A stretch of 64,000 nucleotides of DNA from a virus. The DNA lies in the IMG/VR virus record IMGVR_UViG_3300037420_000510, positions 325-64,324 of that record, one strand, 5' to 3'. Each line of letters starts with the position of its first letter. Within the stretch, counting starts at the first letter, position 1. The notes below the pieces were generated by a model. That model saw only the letters and a program-made list of their open reading frames with translations. It was not told the origin of the DNA and did not search any database. A program made the translations under genes and the position numbers. Shown one piece after another: positions 44,410 to 54,190 of this stretch.

Positions 44410-44828
44410 TGACCATCGATCTGGCGCAGGCGCTTGCGGGGCTGAACCGGCTCGCGATGCTCAACATGTCGCCCTGGATGGCGTCGGTCGGGAAGACGGC
44501 GCAGCAATCCGTGAAGCAGCGCATCCAGCAGTCCAAGCAGGATCCGGACAACGCGCCCTGGTCGCCGTGGATGCCGCGCACCGAGAAGTACCGGACGCAC
44601 AAGGGCAACGCGGGCCAAGGTCTGCTGTGGGACGAAGGGACGCTGCTCAATTCAATCAAATTTCACTCGGCGTCCGATGGTGTGTCGGTGAGCACCGAAG
44701 TGCCGTACGCGAGCTACCTGCAGGACGGTACGGAGCGCATGGCGGCGCGCCCGTTCATGGGCTGGTCCGACGGGGATATCGCGGGCATGGAGTTCTCGGC
44801 CGTCCAATTCATCGAGGCGCTGCTGTGA
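44406..44828 (+). CDS. Virion morphogenesis/tail completion protein (Mu G/P2 S-like)
   Basis: LLWDEGTLLNSI...VPYASYLQDGTERMAARPFMG. Confidence 0.85.
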   Translation: MMTIDLAQALAGLNRLAMLNMSPWMASVGKTAQQSVKQRIQQSKQDPDNAPWSPWMPRTEKYRTHKGNAGQGLLWDEGTLLNSIKFHSASDGVSVSTEVPYASYLQDGTERMAARPFMGWSDGDIAGMEFSAVQFIEALL

Positions 44829-45028
44829 AAACGGTGCGCCTGTTTCAAAACCACGACCAGCACAAGGACGGCAAGGTAATCCGCCACCCGGCCGGATCGG
44901 TCGTCGAACTGCCGGACGACGAGGCCGATTTCGTCGTGCGAGCGACGTTGGGCGTTCGTGCGGTGCGGCGTGAATTGGCGGAACGAACACCGGGAACGCC
45001 GGAAAGGGAACGCAAGAATGATAGCTGA
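44825..45028 (+). CDS. Hypothetical protein
   Basis: GTG start overlapping the upstream stop. Confidence 0.5.
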   Translation: MKTVRLFQNHDQHKDGKVIRHPAGSVVELPDDEADFVVRATLGVRAVRRELAERTPGTPERERKNDS

Positions 45029-45467
45029 CATCGCCGAAGACCTAGTCGAGCGCGTGACATCGGTCGCGGGATTCGAGGGACGGGCCGGCCTGGCTATTGG
45101 TGGTCGCGGAGCAGATCCAGCGATGACCAAGATTCCACTGCCGGCCGCCTGGATCATGTTCGGCAAGGATCAGGTCGACGAGTCGCCTTATGGCTCGTCG
45201 CAGTCCGGCGGGTGCGGCGGCTTGATCCCGAACGGCGAAAACATCCAGTTGGTTTTCAGTGTCGTGATCTACGTGCCGTACCTGAGCCAGGACGATCTGC
45301 TGACGGCGCAGTTCCCGCTGCTTGAATCCGTCATCAAAGCGGTGCGCGGCGACGGACTCGCAGCACCTTCCGGCAACCGCTGGCGATACATCGGCCAGAA
45401 GCTCGCAATGGTCTATCCGGACCGCCTCGCGTACGAACAGCATTACACCATCGACGGCTTCATGTAG
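45018..45467 (+). CDS. Tail terminator-like protein
   Basis: LPAAWIMF; position before the tail tube. Confidence 0.6.
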   Translation: MIADIAEDLVERVTSVAGFEGRAGLAIGGRGADPAMTKIPLPAAWIMFGKDQVDESPYGSSQSGGCGGLIPNGENIQLVFSVVIYVPYLSQDDLLTAQFPLLESVIKAVRGDGLAAPSGNRWRYIGQKLAMVYPDRLAYEQHYTIDGFM

Positions 45468-45521
45468 CAGCATCCCGCCCGCGATGAGCGGGTTTCTCTA
45501 CCTCGTAAATAAGGAAATACC

Positions 45522-46310
45522 ATGCCTCTCATCAGCAATTCCGACCTCCAGGCCATCGGCGACAAGCTCGCGCGCTTCGCCGCCATGTCGGTCGGCGATC
45601 CGGCCTTCGACAGCTCGTTCACCGCCGGCCTTGATGCCGCAAGCAACGCCGTCCTGTCGGGCTCCGGCAGTATCGCGCAGTACCTGCTCGACACCGACGA
45701 CGAGGCGGTGACCGCCGACTTGCTGCCCGCCGCGCGTGACCTCGACGAATCGCATCCCGTCGTGCCCACCGGCTTCCTGTTGGGGATCCCGGGCATCAGT
45801 GCAATGATCAAGGCGCTGGACACTCACGTGAAGCGCTACGCCGGCGCCGTCAACCTCGACGGCTACCTGTCGACGCTGAATGCTTCCGGTCCGACGCTGC
45901 GCTTCCACGCCGCATTCACCGACCACCTCAAGACGCTGTCGGCGAAAAATATTTTCATCGGCGCCGATCTGGATATCGCCCGCGTGAACGTCACGGGCGC
46001 CACGACCGGCACCTATACGCACCTGGCCGCGATCGACAAAACCAAATATTCCGGCGCCAAGTTGGTCGCCAAGAACGTAGGCGCACTGACCGCGACGACT
46101 GCGCTGTCGATCACTGGCAAGAAGTTCGACGGCACGACCGCGACGCTGACCGTATCGATCTCGACGCTGACCGACGGAACCGAGACGAACCTGTCCGACA
46201 CCACGAAAGTCTTCGTCGACGTGACTGGCATCACCGTCACCTCGGGCGGCACCTCGGGCAACGTGATCAAGATCGTCGCCAAAACGGACCGCGATATCTC
46301 GGCCGCCTAA
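45522..46310 (+). CDS. Putative virion protein of unknown function
   Basis: AAGGA RBS; late-gene codon bias. Confidence 0.7.
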   Translation: MPLISNSDLQAIGDKLARFAAMSVGDPAFDSSFTAGLDAASNAVLSGSGSIAQYLLDTDDEAVTADLLPAARDLDESHPVVPTGFLLGIPGISAMIKALDTHVKRYAGAVNLDGYLSTLNASGPTLRFHAAFTDHLKTLSAKNIFIGADLDIARVNVTGATTGTYTHLAAIDKTKYSGAKLVAKNVGALTATTALSITGKKFDGTTATLTVSISTLTDGTETNLSDTTKVFVDVTGITVTSGGTSGNVIKIVAKTDRDISAA

Positions 46311-46337
46311 CCAACTCCCCTCGAAAGGTAAAACACC

Positions 46338-47096
46338 ATGGCATACAACGACAATTCCTATGGCCTGTTCCAGGGGCAGCTGTTCCTGGCGCCGCGCACG
46401 ATGAACGGCGCGCTCACCGGCGGCTACAAGCCCGTGGGCGACGCCGACATGTTTGTGATCGACCCCAAGCAAAAATTCGAGGACATCAACGAGAGCCAGA
46501 CCGGCCTCGGCCTGACTGCGGCGCACATCCCGACCGAAACGTCGATCTCGGTCAAGATGCGTCTGCTGAACATCAAGCTGGACAACTGGGAGCGCGCGAT
46601 CTGGGGCACGCAATCGGGCGCCGTAGACGCCGGCACCGTTTCCGGCGAGCCGCTCGTGCTGTACGCCGATTCGGTGGCGCCGCTGGCCAATCCGGGCGTG
46701 TCGAGCGTGACCATCTCCGGCCTGACGGAAGGCGTGGACTTCACCGTTGACGAGCGCCTGGGCGCCGTGACGATCCTGGCGACGTCGACGGCCAGCTTCC
46801 CGATGACGACGACCGCGTCGTACACGTACGCAGCCTACAGCGGCAAGGTCGAAGCCTTCACCAACAACCAGCCCGTGTTCTCGGTCCTGCTGCTGGGCAT
46901 CAACACGGCCAACTCGAACCAGCCGATCAAGGTCGAGTGCTACCAGTGGGCGCCGGATATGGCGAAAACGCTGAACATGATCGAGCGCAAGCACATGTCT
47001 TTCGAACTTGATGGCATGCTGCTGCAGGACCAGGCCAAGCCGCTGCCGACCGCAGACTCTCCGCTGTCGCAGTTCTTCACCATCACCAAGGCGTAA
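46338..47096 (+). CDS. Major tail tube protein
   Basis: QGQLFLA...FELDGMLLQD; position in the tail module. Confidence 0.8.
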   Translation: MAYNDNSYGLFQGQLFLAPRTMNGALTGGYKPVGDADMFVIDPKQKFEDINESQTGLGLTAAHIPTETSISVKMRLLNIKLDNWERAIWGTQSGAVDAGTVSGEPLVLYADSVAPLANPGVSSVTISGLTEGVDFTVDERLGAVTILATSTASFPMTTTASYTYAAYSGKVEAFTNNQPVFSVLLLGINTANSNQPIKVECYQWAPDMAKTLNMIERKHMSFELDGMLLQDQAKPLPTADSPLSQFFTITKA

Positions 47097-47099
47097 CCC

Positions 47100-47519
47100 A
47101 TGAGCGAAGACCTGAAAGCCCTGTTCCCGGGCGAAGAGGTCGTCGCTGGCGGGGAGACGATCACCGTTTCCCCGTTCGTGTTCGGCCAGCTGCCCAAGGT
47201 AGCCAAGTGCTTTGCCTCGATCAAGGAAGTGATCGAGGGTGGCAACCTGATCGAGATCGCGTCGGCCGGCGGCGAAGACCTGCTGCAGCTGCTGTGCCTG
47301 GCCGCGAAGAAAAAGCGTGAGTGGTTCGACACGCTGCCATCCGACGAAGGCCTGAACCTGATGGCCGCAGTCATCCAGGTGAACCGGGATTTTTTCGTCC
47401 AGCGGATGTCTCCCGTTCTGCAGCGCCTCACGCAAGCCGTGAGTGGGACTGGGGCGCCGTCGTCGCCCGCCTTATCCGCGCCGGCCACCGATGGGGCGAC
47501 ATCCCCGGCTACACCCTGA
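47100..47519 (+). CDS. Tail assembly chaperone (G)
   Basis: VNRDFF with T-TTT-TTC slippery site at 47390. Confidence 0.8.
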   Translation: MSEDLKALFPGEEVVAGGETITVSPFVFGQLPKVAKCFASIKEVIEGGNLIEIASAGGEDLLQLLCLAAKKKREWFDTLPSDEGLNLMAAVIQVNRDFFVQRMSPVLQRLTQAVSGTGAPSSPALSAPATDGATSPATP

Positions 47520-47659
47520 GCCAGATCAAGCTGTTCCTGCGCGAGGGGAGTGTGCTCGATCGGGAAGAGGCAGCGCAGCGTCTCGCCCACGGCTGGATGG
47601 CTGCGAATGCGGAGGGTGACGCGATCAAGGATGCGATCCAGACGCTGACCGGGGGCTAG
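47390..47659 (+). CDS. Tail assembly chaperone -1 frame extension (T)
   Basis: -1 frame open to 47659; LIRAGHRWGDIPGYTLSQIKLFL. Confidence 0.7.
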   Translation, partial: FFRPADVSRSAAPHASREWDWGAVVARLIRAGHRWGDIPGYTLSQIKLFLREGSVLDREEAAQRLAHGWMAANAEGDAIKDAIQTLTGG

Positions 47660-47982
47660 TCAAGCACCCATAGAAGCTGGCCGTCGGCTTTTACGCGAAC
47701 CACTCGGCCGCCGGGCACTGGCGCTTGAGCCAGTACCTTGTAGTCACCGGCCGGGATCCGGCGACAGTGGTTTTCTTGAATATAGTTGTAGTTCGCGTAG
47801 CTGATTTCGGCCGTTCCAGGCTTGCAGCCGCCGGATTGGCAATTTACTGCCGCCTTCAGAAATTTGAGTTTCAGCTTTTGCGCGTCAACAGTATCGCAAC
47901 CGTATAGGTTGTTGATGTGGATGGTTTCTGCATAAGCCTGCGAGCCGACGAGGAACATGATTGGCACGACGATTGACTTCAT
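47656..47982 (-). CDS. Exported small protein (moron)
   Basis: Signal peptide MKSIVVPIMFLVGSQAYA; GGAGG RBS. Confidence 0.7.
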   Translation of the reverse strand: MKSIVVPIMFLVGSQAYAETIHINNLYGCDTVDAQKLKLKFLKAAVNCQSGGCKPGTAEISYANYNYIQENHCRRIPAGDYKVLAQAPVPGGRVVRVKADGQLLWVLD

Positions 47983-47999
47983 CTTGGCCTCCGTTGTTG

Positions 48000-48533
48000 T
48001 TATCTGATCCCTAGTAATTCGTCCAAATTTGCGAGTTGATCATGGTGAAGCAGCAGCACTCTAGTGCTGGCGGCGAGTTCGCGGGCCGCGTACGTGTACG
48101 GCGCCGTGCTGACGACGACAGCCATGTCGGCGCCATAGTGCAGGCGTCCGGCGACAACCTCCTGCACAGCTCGGTTCCCGACCGGATGCGTGTACATCTT
48201 GCATTGGATGGCGACTTTCGTTCCCCGCAGGGCTGCGATCACATCGACGCCCTGATCTCGCCTCGCTGTCTTATGTGCCTGCCAGCCGGCGTCGCGTAGT
48301 AGCAGTGCGCAATAGGCCTCGTACGCCAGCGGGGATAGGTGCGACACATCGGAGATGCGTAATTGTTGCTCGGCCTCCCGGTATTTCCGAACTCCGACGA
48401 TGACGACGACCGGGCAAAAGAAAGCCATGAACACCGCATACCAGAACGGTAGGCGCGACAGATACCACCCGAACGCATAAAGCAGTAGGGCGAGCAAAAA
48501 CAGCTTGAGCAGGTCGGCGAGACGTTCTTGCAT
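48000..48533 (-). CDS. Membrane-anchored Mrr-like restriction endonuclease
   Basis: Two N-terminal TM segments; YE...DQGVDVIA...AIQCK...AVQEV. Confidence 0.8.
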   Translation of the reverse strand: MQERLADLLKLFLLALLLYAFGWYLSRLPFWYAVFMAFFCPVVVIVGVRKYREAEQQLRISDVSHLSPLAYEAYCALLLRDAGWQAHKTARRDQGVDVIAALRGTKVAIQCKMYTHPVGNRAVQEVVAGRLHYGADMAVVVSTAPYTYAARELAASTRVLLLHHDQLANLDELLGIR

Positions 48534-48567
48534 TATTCAAAATGTAACACAATTCGGATGACGCTCT

Positions 48568-51500
48568 ATGGCATCGATGAACATTGAGATGCGCCTGGAC
48601 CTGGTCGATACTGCCAGTGCACCGGTCAAGGCGTTCATTTCGACGCTCGGCACGCTGGAAACCGCAGTGTCAAATGCCGCTGGCAAGATGTCGGCGTTCG
48701 CCGCCGCGATGAAGGAGGTTCAATCCTCCCTGTCGCTGTCCAAGGCACGCATGGACAGCGCTGCGCAGGGCATTTCCAGCATCACCGCAGCCGCATCCAA
48801 CTCCGGCGCCGTATCGTCGTTTGCGGCGGCAATGAATGCGCTCGGCGCATCAATGGGGATCGTGAAAAGCAACGCATCCGGCGTCGCCACGTCCGTTGGC
48901 AACATCGGCACGCGCGCGAACGCTGCTGTCGGCGGCACGACGCAGCTCAACAATACGATCACCCAGCTCAATACCGCGCTGCAGAACCTGATGACGCACG
49001 TCGCGGGCGCTGTCGGTGGCATGAATAACCTGAACACCGCAGCGCGGACGGCCGGCGGCGGCGCGGCCAACGCCATGAACAACATCGGCAACGGCGCGCA
49101 GAACGCTAACCGGCATGTCACTACCCTGGCCGATACGCTCAAAGGGACGATGCAGATGTGGGCCGCGCACAAGATTGCGAACGGCCTGAAAGAGTCGGTC
49201 AGCGAAGCGGCCGAATACGAGCGCACGGATAACCGCCTGCGCAATATGAAGCTCAAGCCAGACGAGAGCGATGCAATCCACAAATCGGTTCGCCAAACCG
49301 GCCGCGATTTCGCCCAGTTCGACCAAAACGAACTGCTGGAGATGGCGATCGACCTGCGCAATGCCACCGGCAGCGCGCACGAGGCGGCGGAGGGCCTGAA
49401 AGGCTTCGCGCAATCCGTCTTTGCCATCAACCTGTCAATGCCGAGCGGTAAAAAACTCGACGAGCAGGGCACGCTGAACTTTGCCAAGTTCCTCGAAGGC
49501 CGCGGCGTGACTATGGACCCGGCCGCCATGGAGGCGCAGCAGAACCTCGTCACGAAGATCGTTGCCGCGACGCAGGGCCGCGTGAACCCGAACAACCTGT
49601 TCGGCAACCTGACGTACGCCAAGGGCGGTCTTGGTCGCACGATGGACGACGAGGCGCTGGTGACGTTCGCGGCGATGATCGAGCAGGACACGATCGGCGG
49701 TGGCACCGGTGGCCGTGTCGGCACGATGCTGACTTCGTTCGTCAACAGCATCACGAAGTCGAACGCGATCACGACAAAGAACCGCGACGAGTGGATGAAG
49801 CTCGGCCTCGTTGACCCGGGCAAGGTCAACGTCAACGAGAACACGAACCGCGTGACAAGCATCCAGGCTGGTGCCATTGCGGGTACGGAGATCGTCGGCA
49901 AGAACTTCAAGCGCTGGGTTGACGAATACCTTCGACCAGCGTTGATCGCAGCTGGTGTCAATATGGACGACCTAAATGCGGTCAAGGCGAAGACTGACGT
50001 CCTGTTCCCGAACCGGAACGCGGCTGAAGCTGCTTTTCAGCTGCTGTCGAAGAAGGAGCTGATCGAGAAGGACTCGGCCAACATCAATCAGGCCGCCGGC
50101 AAGGATGAGCAGGTCGCAAATGGCCAAAAGCTGTCCGCCGCAAACTGGGAGCGCTTCCACAAAGCGATCAATGATCTTGCTATTGCTATCGGTACGTCCC
50201 TTTTGCCGGTACTGAATCCATTGCTGGAGGGCTTCACGAAGATAATTCAGGTGCTGGGCCAGTTCTCGTCCGATCACCCTGTCTTTGGCTTCCTGCTTGG
50301 GCTAGTCGGCGCGGCGGCCGGCGTAAGTCTCGCCCTGGCCGGCCTGAAGACGCTGTTCGGCGTGACGTTCGGCGGCTTGGTGAGCCTGATCGGCAAGGCA
50401 GTCATGGAGGCCGGCTCCTTGTTCATGGGCTTCGCTGGCGTCATTGCTGAAGCAGGGCGGTTCATCGCCGTTGTTGTACGCATGATTCTCGGTGGATTCA
50501 CGCCGCTCGGATGGATCGTCACTGCGATTGTTGCTGCCTGGGAGCTTGGTCTCGGCGACTGGATCTCGAAACTCAATGTCTTCGGCCGCTCTGTCGGTGA
50601 TTGGGCCACAATTCTTTCGGATCGCGTGGTCAATGACTTCAAAAACATGTGGATCCGGACGAAGGAGTTCTTCGGCTTCCTGTCGAAGGATGCGGCGGAT
50701 GCTCAGGTCGAGGCAAACAACCGGGCGCGCATCCATAAGCTAGTTGAACTAAGTAATGCCGGCGCTAAGCCGGCGACCAGGGGCGTGCGCGGCGGCGCCT
50801 CCGGCGATTGGGACCGCGGCGAGGAAGTTTCGCCGGCCGCGAAGGCAACCGAGGAACAGGTCAAGCGTGAGCAGGAAATCGCCGCGCAAATTAAGAAGAA
50901 CAAGGAGGAGGCCGAGAAGTTGGTCGGCGGCGGAAAGGCTGGCGGCCGCTTCGCCAACTACGACATCAACCTCGACGATGCCAAGAACGACCTGCGTCTC
51001 GAAGAGGACGAACTCGCCCGCCACATGAAGGCGGAGGACGAGCTCTATAAGGCCAACAAGATTTCGATCAACGACTACTACGACGACAAGCTGGCCACGA
51101 TGCGCAAGAGCATCAACGCGCAGATTGCCGAACTAGAGCGCGAAAGGGCGGCGTACCAGCGTCAGGGCGACCGCGCCGGCGCGAACCGGGCCGGCACCGA
51201 GATCGAATTACGTAAGCGCGACCTGGCGGATACCGAGAAGTCAGTCGCGGTCCAGCGCGAGAAGGACCTGAACGAGCTCAAGGAAAAAGGCTTGGCTCTC
51301 GATGCGCAAATCCTTGAGGCAGAAGGGAAGCGGCATCAAGCCCAGCGTGCGCGCGACGTCCAGCGAGCCGAAAAGGAGAAGGCCTACTTTGAGGCGAACC
51401 GCGATGCCCCGGGAGCTGCAGGGTACATTGCTAACGCCCAGAAAGTGATCGACATCGCCAAACTGACCGCGGCATGGGAAGAGTACGGCGACGCGGTCAA

Positions 51501-52389
51501 GAAGGTGCACGAGGAAACGCAGACCAAGGAAGCAGCGGTCGATGCCGAAGTCAAGTCAGGCAACTTGACCAAGTACGAGGCCGAGCAGAAGCTTTTCAAA
51601 CTGCGCCGGGATGAAGCGGCGCAACTCGACGAGCTGATCGCCAAGGAAAAGGCGCTGATCGAGGCATCGGACGCGCCGCAAGGCGTGAAAGACCAGCGCC
51701 TCAAGACGCTCGACCTGGCGCAGGCTCGGGCGAACGCGACGATGTCCGAAATGAATCCCGATGACATGCGCGTCAAGCAGACTCTCGATAGCGGCCTGCA
51801 AGGCAGTTTCACGGGACTGTTCAGAAACATCATTTCCGGCTCGAAGTCGGCCAGCAGCGCGTTCAAGCAATTCGGCAACGACATCGCCAACGTGGTTAAT
51901 CAGCTGGTGGCCGAGCAGCTTGGGAAGCAGTTGTTCCAATCGCTGTTCGGGCAGGGCGGCGTGAATATGGGCGGCATGAGCGGCGGAGGTGCGAGCGGTG
52001 GTGGCTCGATTTTCGGTAGCGGAGGGTTCCTGGGCGGCCTGTTTGGCGGTGGAAGTTCCGCCGGCGGAGCCGTCGATGCCAATGCCGATATTACGATGGT
52101 CAACGGAGCCTCTGAAGGTGGCTTCTGGTCCGGCATCGCGAGTTGGTTCGCCAGCCTCGATGTTGGCACCGACAACGTGCCGCAGGACATGCTCGCGCAA
52201 ATCCACCAGGGCGAGATGATCATCCCGAAATACGACGCCGATCGCATTCGTTCCGGCGGCTTCAAGCAGGGCCCGGCGCATGTGACGAACAACTTCACCG
52301 TCGCCGGATCCGTGACCCGTGAAACGCAGTCTCAGATCGCATTGCAGGCGGCTCTCGGCGTCCAGCGCGCAACCAGGAGGAACGGATGA
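48568..52389 (+). CDS. Tape measure protein
   Basis: 1273 aa, Ala-rich helical, hydrophobic middle; follows the chaperones. Confidence 0.92.
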   Translation: MASMNIEMRLDLVDTASAPVKAFISTLGTLETAVSNAAGKMSAFAAAMKEVQSSLSLSKARMDSAAQGISSITAAASNSGAVSSFAAAMNALGASMGIVKSNASGVATSVGNIGTRANAAVGGTTQLNNTITQLNTALQNLMTHVAGAVGGMNNLNTAARTAGGGAANAMNNIGNGAQNANRHVTTLADTLKGTMQMWAAHKIANGLKESVSEAAEYERTDNRLRNMKLKPDESDAIHKSVRQTGRDFAQFDQNELLEMAIDLRNATGSAHEAAEGLKGFAQSVFAINLSMPSGKKLDEQGTLNFAKFLEGRGVTMDPAAMEAQQNLVTKIVAATQGRVNPNNLFGNLTYAKGGLGRTMDDEALVTFAAMIEQDTIGGGTGGRVGTMLTSFVNSITKSNAITTKNRDEWMKLGLVDPGKVNVNENTNRVTSIQAGAIAGTEIVGKNFKRWVDEYLRPALIAAGVNMDDLNAVKAKTDVLFPNRNAAEAAFQLLSKKELIEKDSANINQAAGKDEQVANGQKLSAANWERFHKAINDLAIAIGTSLLPVLNPLLEGFTKIIQVLGQFSSDHPVFGFLLGLVGAAAGVSLALAGLKTLFGVTFGGLVSLIGKAVMEAGSLFMGFAGVIAEAGRFIAVVVRMILGGFTPLGWIVTAIVAAWELGLGDWISKLNVFGRSVGDWATILSDRVVNDFKNMWIRTKEFFGFLSKDAADAQVEANNRARIHKLVELSNAGAKPATRGVRGGASGDWDRGEEVSPAAKATEEQVKREQEIAAQIKKNKEEAEKLVGGGKAGGRFANYDINLDDAKNDLRLEEDELARHMKAEDELYKANKISINDYYDDKLATMRKSINAQIAELERERAAYQRQGDRAGANRAGTEIELRKRDLADTEKSVAVQREKDLNELKEKGLALDAQILEAEGKRHQAQRARDVQRAEKEKAYFEANRDAPGAAGYIANAQKVIDIAKLTAAWEEYGDAVKKVHEETQTKEAAVDAEVKSGNLTKYEAEQKLFKLRRDEAAQLDELIAKEKALIEASDAPQGVKDQRLKTLDLAQARANATMSEMNPDDMRVKQTLDSGLQGSFTGLFRNIISGSKSASSAFKQFGNDIANVVNQLVAEQLGKQLFQSLFGQGGVNMGGMSGGGASGGGSIFGSGGFLGGLFGGGSSAGGAVDANADITMVNGASEGGFWSGIASWFASLDVGTDNVPQDMLAQIHQGEMIIPKYDADRIRSGGFKQGPAHVTNNFTVAGSVTRETQSQIALQAALGVQRATRRNG

Positions 52390-53009
52390 CAGGATTTGCC
52401 GAGGTCAGGATCGACGACAACCTGATCGTCTATCGCACGGTGGGCGGCCCGACGTTCTCCACGGCTGTCACCGTGGTCGATTCCGGCCGCGAATACCGCA
52501 ATGCAAACTGGTCGCTTCCGCTCGGGCAGTGGGAACTCGGCGAGCGGGGCATGATGCCGAACGACCTGCAGGCGATGAAGAATTTCTTCAACGCGCGGCA
52601 GGGTAAGGCGCAGGGATTTCGTTTCAGGGACTGGGCCGACTATCGTGACGAGGGCATGGGCGTGCTGGTTGCGGTCCCAGGTGTCTCTGGCAGCTACCAG
52701 ATGTACAAACAGTATCCGTCCGGCGGCGTCAATGGCTTGCGCAAGATCGTGAAACCCGTCACTGGCAGCATCACGATCTATAACGCGGGCTTCCCGGTAA
52801 CAGCCACGGTCAATTCGACCTCCGGTATCGTGACCGATGTCCTGGGTGATGAGATGACATGGACCGGCGAATTCGATACGCCGGTGCGGTTTGATACGGA
52901 CCAGTTGCGATACGAGTTCATCGGCGCAACTGGTCCCGGCGGCGCGGCGAACGTCAAGGACGTGTATTTCCATCTGTTCAGTCTGCCTATTACGGAGCTT
53001 CGCCTGTGA
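52386..53009 (+). CDS. DUF2460 distal tail protein (GTA-like)
   Basis: GGPTFSTAV...GREYRNANW...GFRFRDWADY...EFDTPVRFDTD. Confidence 0.88.
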   Translation: MTGFAEVRIDDNLIVYRTVGGPTFSTAVTVVDSGREYRNANWSLPLGQWELGERGMMPNDLQAMKNFFNARQGKAQGFRFRDWADYRDEGMGVLVAVPGVSGSYQMYKQYPSGGVNGLRKIVKPVTGSITIYNAGFPVTATVNSTSGIVTDVLGDEMTWTGEFDTPVRFDTDQLRYEFIGATGPGGAANVKDVYFHLFSLPITELRL

Positions 53010-54190
53010 AAAACCTGAGCACCGCGCTGCGCGATCATTACGCCAGCGATGTGACCACGCTCACGACCTGCTGGAAGGCGACGCTGCAGAACGGCACGAT
53101 CGTCGCCGCCACCAAGTTGGACCGCGATCTCATGATCGATGGCGTCACCTATCAGTCGGTGATCGGCTTCTTCGATTCTGACGTCGAGAACAGCTCCGAA
53201 CTCAACCCGGACAATTTGGAAGTCGATGGATTCCTTGCCTCGCCGGCGATCACCGACGCAGACATCCATTCCGGCGCCTGGGACTACGCCGAGATCGAGA
53301 TGTTCGAGGTCAACTACAACGACCTCACGATGGGCAAGAACATCCTGCGCACCGGCACGCTGGGTGAAGTGAAAGGCGGGCGCATCAAGTTCACGGCCGA
53401 ATTGCGCGGGCTGATGCAGGCCTATACCCGCACGATCGTCCGTCTGATGACGAAAGACTGCAACGCGGACCTGGGCGACAGTCGTTGCAAGGTCGACATG
53501 TCAGCACTGACCGCTACCGGCACGGTCGACGGGTCGAACAGCACGAACAGCGTGATCTACGATGCTGCCCGCACCGAGGCCGGCCCGGATGGCGCCAAGG
53601 CGATCACCGGCATATCGCAGGCGGAAAACGCAGTGGTGACGTGTCCGGGGCACGGATTCGCGCAGAACGCCACGGTGCAGTTGTCGGACATTGTCGGCTG
53701 TACGCTCGATGGCGCCACGAAAGACGGTGTGTTCTACGCCGGCAGCGGCGACAGCGTGAACGGCATGCTGTTTCAGATCACGGTCATCGATGCGGACCAT
53801 TTCAGGATTCTGCTGGACACGCGCGCCTACAACGCCGATAGCTCGATCGGCGTGACAGACCCGCTGCAGGTGTATTCGCCCTACGTCAGCGGCGGCCTCG
53901 CGCATCCGGCCAACGCATCCGGCTACTTCGACCACGGCAAGGTGACATTTACCTCCGGTGAGAACGATGGCCTGTCGATGGAGGTGAAGGCCTATGCGCC
54001 AGGCGTCATCACGCTGATGCTGCCTATGCCGTTCGAGATAGCCGTCGGTGATACCTACGCCGCGACAGCTGGCTGCAATCGCGCGTTCGAAACGTGCCAA
54101 CAGCGCTTCAACAACGTCGTGAATTTCCGCGGCTTCCCGAACTTGCCGCAGTCGAAGATTTACCGGCGCGGCAGCGAAGGCGTGGCCTGA
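53006..54190 (+). CDS. DUF2163/BR0599 tail hub protein with inserted FCCH-like domain
   Basis: LTTCWK...CNADLGDSRC...GCNRAFETCQQRFNNVVNFRGFP. Confidence 0.88.
   Translation: MKNLSTALRDHYASDVTTLTTCWKATLQNGTIVAATKLDRDLMIDGVTYQSVIGFFDSDVENSSELNPDNLEVDGFLASPAITDADIHSGAWDYAEIEMFEVNYNDLTMGKNILRTGTLGEVKGGRIKFTAELRGLMQAYTRTIVRLMTKDCNADLGDSRCKVDMSALTATGTVDGSNSTNSVIYDAARTEAGPDGAKAITGISQAENAVVTCPGHGFAQNATVQLSDIVGCTLDGATKDGVFYAGSGDSVNGMLFQITVIDADHFRILLDTRAYNADSSIGVTDPLQVYSPYVSGGLAHPANASGYFDHGKVTFTSGENDGLSMEVKAYAPGVITLMLPMPFEIAVGDTYAATAGCNRAFETCQQRFNNVVNFRGFPNLPQSKIYRRGSEGVA

Noticed and set aside
45498-47435. 645-aa minus-strand ORF
   Set aside because: Antisense shadow of the tail genes; Arg-rich composition typical of a non-coding frame
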